Below are positions 60,518 to 64,000 of a DNA stretch of 64,000 nucleotides, one piece after another. The translations under genes were made by a program, and so were the position numbers. The DNA comes from Leptospiraceae bacterium (GTDB lineage: Bacteria; Spirochaetota; Leptospiria; Leptospirales; Leptonemataceae): positions 896,001 to 960,000 of the forward strand of contig JAVJNR010000004.1 of the NCBI GenBank assembly GCA_040217195.1. The letters run 5' to 3'. The notes beneath the pieces were generated by a model, which saw nothing but the letters and a program-made list of their open reading frames with translations, was not told where the DNA came from and ran no database searches. Position 1 is the first letter of the stretch. Each line of letters opens with the position of its first letter.

Positions 60518-61738
60518 TTACGTAAAAAACACTAGAAATGCCTGAAGAAGCCCTACCATACCTCCCAGAAATGCTCCCAGGCCAATCAGGGTCAGTTCGT
60601 CCTCTTTGAATACTGAATGCAGCAGCTCTTCAAACTCAGCGGGCGGTAAAAAAGAGAGCCTTCGCGCCAGGGTCTGCTTGATATCCAGAGCTTCTGTGAT
60701 ATAGGATTCTACCCGTTCGGCAACATGCGGCACGGCACCCACCAGCATGTTGGCGGTCTGCTCTTTCATTAGCCTCTTTTGTTCGTCGTTTATCATCATA
60801 GGGATGACTGGCGTATCCTTGACTGCCTGCTCCACACCTTCAGCAGCTTTGTCCCGAACTAGTTGAATGAGCAGATCTCCTCCCTTTCCCTCGAAAATCA
60901 TTCGCACAAGATTCTCCGAATGGAATACTCGATTCTGCAATACATCGGCAAACTCATAGGATACTTCGGGCTGCCGCTTCAAAAAGAGGCCCTGGTAGTA
61001 AATAAAGCCAAAGAATTTTCTGGGCTCCAGAGGACGAAAAATCATCTGAAGCGCCAGCCAGTTTGTCACATAGCCAACGATCAGTCCCATAATTGGCATT
61101 ACCCACCACTGATTCAGCCAGTGAATAAAAGCCAGTTGCAAAACGCCTATGCCCAGACCAAACCAGAGGCCAGATTTCACAATAAAATCGAACTCCGGCC
61201 CTCCACATCGTCTGAACATTTCAATCAGGTACGTAGTATTCTTTCCACTCAGGGATGCAGAAACGATGGCTTCGAAATCAAAGGCTTTGTCCAGATCCTT
61301 TCCAAATTCTTGATAGATTTCCTTGATCTGCTGCGGAATTTGCTTTCGCACTTCATTGATGATGTTGCTTTTTACAAAATCCGGAATAACGTTCCATAGT
61401 AGCGGATTCTGTGCTTTAATAAGCTTTTCCACCAGTTCCCTGGACTTGAACTCAACCAATCCTGCAATCAGGTCATTGATTTGCTCTGGATCGATTCTCT
61501 TATATAGTTCTTCTGGTTTGATTAGCCGCTCAGTCAGGATGCGAGTGATCAACCCGCTCATTTTCACAGAATGATGTGGAATAATGCCCTGCCAGCCAAG
61601 TTTCCATATCCCTTTAAACTCCTGAGGAGAGAATATCATCTTAACGGCCAGCCAGTTAGTGAACCAGCCTATGATACCTGTGGTGATAGGAATAGAGATA
61701 TATACGATTAAGTCTTGAATTGGTATACCCGCGATCAC
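60518..61738 (-). CDS. DUF445-family membrane protein
   Basis: Duplicated IGWFTNWLAVKMIF / VGYVTNWLALQMIFRP and WQGIIP motifs. Confidence 0.88.
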   Translation of the reverse strand: MIAGIPIQDLIVYISIPITTGIIGWFTNWLAVKMIFSPQEFKGIWKLGWQGIIPHHSVKMSGLITRILTERLIKPEELYKRIDPEQINDLIAGLVEFKSRELVEKLIKAQNPLLWNVIPDFVKSNIINEVRKQIPQQIKEIYQEFGKDLDKAFDFEAIVSASLSGKNTTYLIEMFRRCGGPEFDFIVKSGLWFGLGIGVLQLAFIHWLNQWWVMPIMGLIVGYVTNWLALQMIFRPLEPRKFFGFIYYQGLFLKRQPEVSYEFADVLQNRVFHSENLVRMIFEGKGGDLLIQLVRDKAAEGVEQAVKDTPVIPMMINDEQKRLMKEQTANMLVGAVPHVAERVESYITEALDIKQTLARRLSFLPPAEFEELLHSVFKEDELTLIGLGAFLGGMVGLLQAFLVFFT

Positions 61739-61799
61739 ATGAACCTCCGGGCTACCGACTAATGCTACAAATTGGGACGTTGTAGTAAGAGAATTCTGG

Positions 61800-62585
61800 T
61801 CAGCCCTGTTTAAATTGCTGAAAGTCCGGTCGCCGACCTTCCATAACAGATCGAAAACCTTCCTGCGCTTCTTTTGTTTCGATTGTTCGTATGGTCCAAT
61901 CCCGATCCGTCAATTCCATTTTAGAAAACATTTCATCAAATGGTAATCGAAGTGCTTTTTTGAGTCCCACCAGGGCTGGCCGGGGAGTTTTAATCAGTTT
62001 TTTCGCAAAGGACATTGATTGATCGAATAGTTCTTTTGCATTAAATACTTCATCGATTAGACCAATTTCCTTCGCCTGGTCTGGCTTAATGAGCTTTCCC
62101 TGCATCAAAAGGTCTCTGGCTTCATTCATTCCTACAGTTTCAACCAGCATTCGAGCACCTGTGGCCGGAAAATTCATTCCTATATTCGCTTCCGGAAAAC
62201 CAATTCGCCCTTTCTCACCGTTCATGAAGCGATAATCGGAGAAAAGAGCGAAAATGGCACCAGCACCCACACAGTTTCCGTTGATAACTGAGATCACTGG
62301 AATGGGAACATGAAACAGAACCTGCGTAGAGCGAATTAAAATATCTACAATACGATGTATCTCCTGGTGCGACTTATCCACCATAATGGCCGGATCCAAT
62401 CCATTACAGAAAAAGCTTTTAGAAGCGCTGGTCAATAGCATGGCGCTATACGATTTATTTTTCTTTATTTCTTCCAGAGCCTTTGCGAAGTCCAGAAAAG
62501 CCTCTCCGTTAAAGGCATTCTGCTCGTTAAAATCCATACACAGCTCAACAATTTCGCCATGCTCTTTGATGATTGCTCCGCTCAT
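61800..62585 (-). CDS. enoyl-CoA hydratase/isomerase family protein
   Basis: FCNGLD, INGNCVGAG, GFPEANIG, AKEIGLID, EGFRSVMEGRRPDF. Confidence 0.92.
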   Translation of the reverse strand: MSGAIIKEHGEIVELCMDFNEQNAFNGEAFLDFAKALEEIKKNKSYSAMLLTSASKSFFCNGLDPAIMVDKSHQEIHRIVDILIRSTQVLFHVPIPVISVINGNCVGAGAIFALFSDYRFMNGEKGRIGFPEANIGMNFPATGARMLVETVGMNEARDLLMQGKLIKPDQAKEIGLIDEVFNAKELFDQSMSFAKKLIKTPRPALVGLKKALRLPFDEMFSKMELTDRDWTIRTIETKEAQEGFRSVMEGRRPDFQQFKQG

Positions 62586-62652
62586 TTTCTCGTCCTGTAT
62601 GTTATTGTCTCGTATTGCGCATTAAAGCAGTGGAACTGGCGCAGGAACTGGC

Positions 62653-64000
62653 TCACTTTACACTGCCCATTACTGATTCGATTCGCTTTAGCAACGTTTC
62701 CTTTCCAAGAAGTGAGAACAAAATAGGTAATTCCAGTCCATGCATTTTTCCGGTTGTAGCCACGCGAATGGGCATGAACAGTCCCCGGCCTTTGGCGCCA
62801 GCCGTTTTTCCGGCTGCTTTCATCAGTGCTCCAAAGTCATCAGGATTTTCTGGCTGTCCAGCTTCCAGCTCTGCACGAAAGGCCTCCACCACGTCTGATG
62901 CTCCATCGCCTGCAAGTACGGCGGCAGCCTCTTCATTCTCTGGCTCCACAGATTTGCGAAAGATTTCCAGAATATAGGGAACTGCATCATCCAGGGTAGT
63001 CATGTACTCTCGAATGGATCCAAGCGCCTTAACAAGAAGCTCCTCGTCGTCTTTGATCAGTCCGGAAACTTCGGCATTCTTTTCCAGGAATGGTCTGGCC
63101 AGCCGATAGAGTTCGGGCAATTCATAATGGCGTATGTACTTCTGGTTTAGCCAGTTTAGCTTACTTTTCTGATTAATCCATTTGTTGAGTTCTGATCTAT
63201 CCATGGAAAGCGGATCAAACTCGGCTTCGGACTTATCGGTTTCGAAGAAGTCAAACATGGCCGGGCTTTTGGAGCACCTGGCAATATCAAATTTCTGTGT
63301 AAGTCCACCGTCCGGTAAAAACTCCACTGCATCTTCCGGGTACCAACCAAGCAAAGCCATATAGTTTACCAGACCTTCGGAAAGATATCCCAGATCTCGA
63401 AACAAAAGTACAGACGTTGCACCCCTTCTTTTGGACAGTTTCTTGCGATCCGTACCTACAATTTCAGAAATGTGCGCATATACCGGTAGATCAAATCCCA
63501 GAGCGCGATGTATCAGAATTTGACGAGGGGTATTGGATAGATGCCCCACTCCGCGAATCACATGACTGATCTTCATTTCATGATCATCGATTACAACCGC
63601 ATAGTTATACGATGGAAAGCCATCGGACTTCACTATAATGAAATCTCCAATGAGCCTTGCATCAAACTTCACCCGGCCCTGTACAGCATCATCGACCACA
63701 ACTTCAGATGGATCTATTTTGAATCGAATGGCATACGGTTCCCCTGAATCCTTCTTGGCCTGCACTTCTTCGGGCGAAAGGTTGCTACACTTACCGTCAT
63801 AGACGTGCGGCACTCCCAGCATTTTGGAACGACTTTGCTTCTGCTCCAGTTCTTCGCTTGTGCAGAAGCAGGGATATGCCAGGCCTTTTTGTATCAAATC
63901 ATCTGTGTAGCCGCTGTATCTATCCAGCCGGTCCGATTGTCTATAGGGACCATATGAACCTCCTTCGCGTACACCTTCATCAGCTTCAATTCCCAGCCAG
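62653..64000 (-). CDS. gltX: glutamate--tRNA ligase (5'-truncated)
   Basis: Frame open to the window edge (WLGIEADEG...GPYRQS); AYPCFC, VIDDHEM.ISHVIRG, KLSKR, PIRVATTG. Confidence 0.95.
   Translation of the reverse strand, partial: WLGIEADEGVREGGSYGPYRQSDRLDRYSGYTDDLIQKGLAYPCFCTSEELEQKQSRSKMLGVPHVYDGKCSNLSPEEVQAKKDSGEPYAIRFKIDPSEVVVDDAVQGRVKFDARLIGDFIIVKSDGFPSYNYAVVIDDHEMKISHVIRGVGHLSNTPRQILIHRALGFDLPVYAHISEIVGTDRKKLSKRRGATSVLLFRDLGYLSEGLVNYMALLGWYPEDAVEFLPDGGLTQKFDIARCSKSPAMFDFFETDKSEAEFDPLSMDRSELNKWINQKSKLNWLNQKYIRHYELPELYRLARPFLEKNAEVSGLIKDDEELLVKALGSIREYMTTLDDAVPYILEIFRKSVEPENEEAAAVLAGDGASDVVEAFRAELEAGQPENPDDFGALMKAAGKTAGAKGRGLFMPIRVATTGKMHGLELPILFSLLGKETLLKRIESVMGSVK

Noticed and set aside
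1..64000. tRNA, rRNA, transposase, integrase or prophage genes
   Set aside because: No cloverleaf, rRNA-like tract or DDE/recombinase/phage motifs were seen by eye; tRNAscan-SE and cmscan would be needed to exclude small RNAs.

Overview
A gene-dense bacterial chromosomal window of roughly 50% GC by eye. It most likely comes from a free-living Leptospiraceae spirochaete (inference from spirochaetal lipoboxes, several 7TM-DISM kinases, the carD-PIN/TRAM pair and a FadL-linked giant-lipoprotein operon). It runs from a 5'-truncated rfaD/hldD to a 5'-truncated gltX and holds about 50 CDS. Housekeeping and metabolic genes include bioF, an HDAC-family deacetylase, an FMN glutamate-synthase-family protein, dinB, a macrodomain protein and an enoyl-CoA hydratase. 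Signalling genes include a LytS/LytTR pair, hybrid kinases, a REC-class III cyclase, HDOD, EAL, PilZ and PrsW-cNMP proteins. There is also a TolC-RND pair and a C39/RimK/GCS2/FGase amidoligase cluster. I saw no rRNA, tRNA, CRISPR array or mobile element. Best candidates for undescribed biology: (1) an Ig + BPI/TULIP-like lipoprotein, a 1170-aa lipoprotein and a FadL channel in one coupled operon, possibly for lipid capture and import; (2) a cyclase with a guanylyl-cyclase-type specificity residue, divergent from a PrsW-cNMP fusion; (3) an amidoligase cluster split by two antisense Glu-rich exported proteins; (4) a pore-less voltage-sensor-like protein followed by a 56-aa ORF the track missed; (5) an 11-bp-phased Pho-box-like array before an OprO/P-like porin; (6) an apparently frameshifted PAS-GAF-PAS hybrid kinase. 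All family calls come from reading motifs by eye; no database searches were run.
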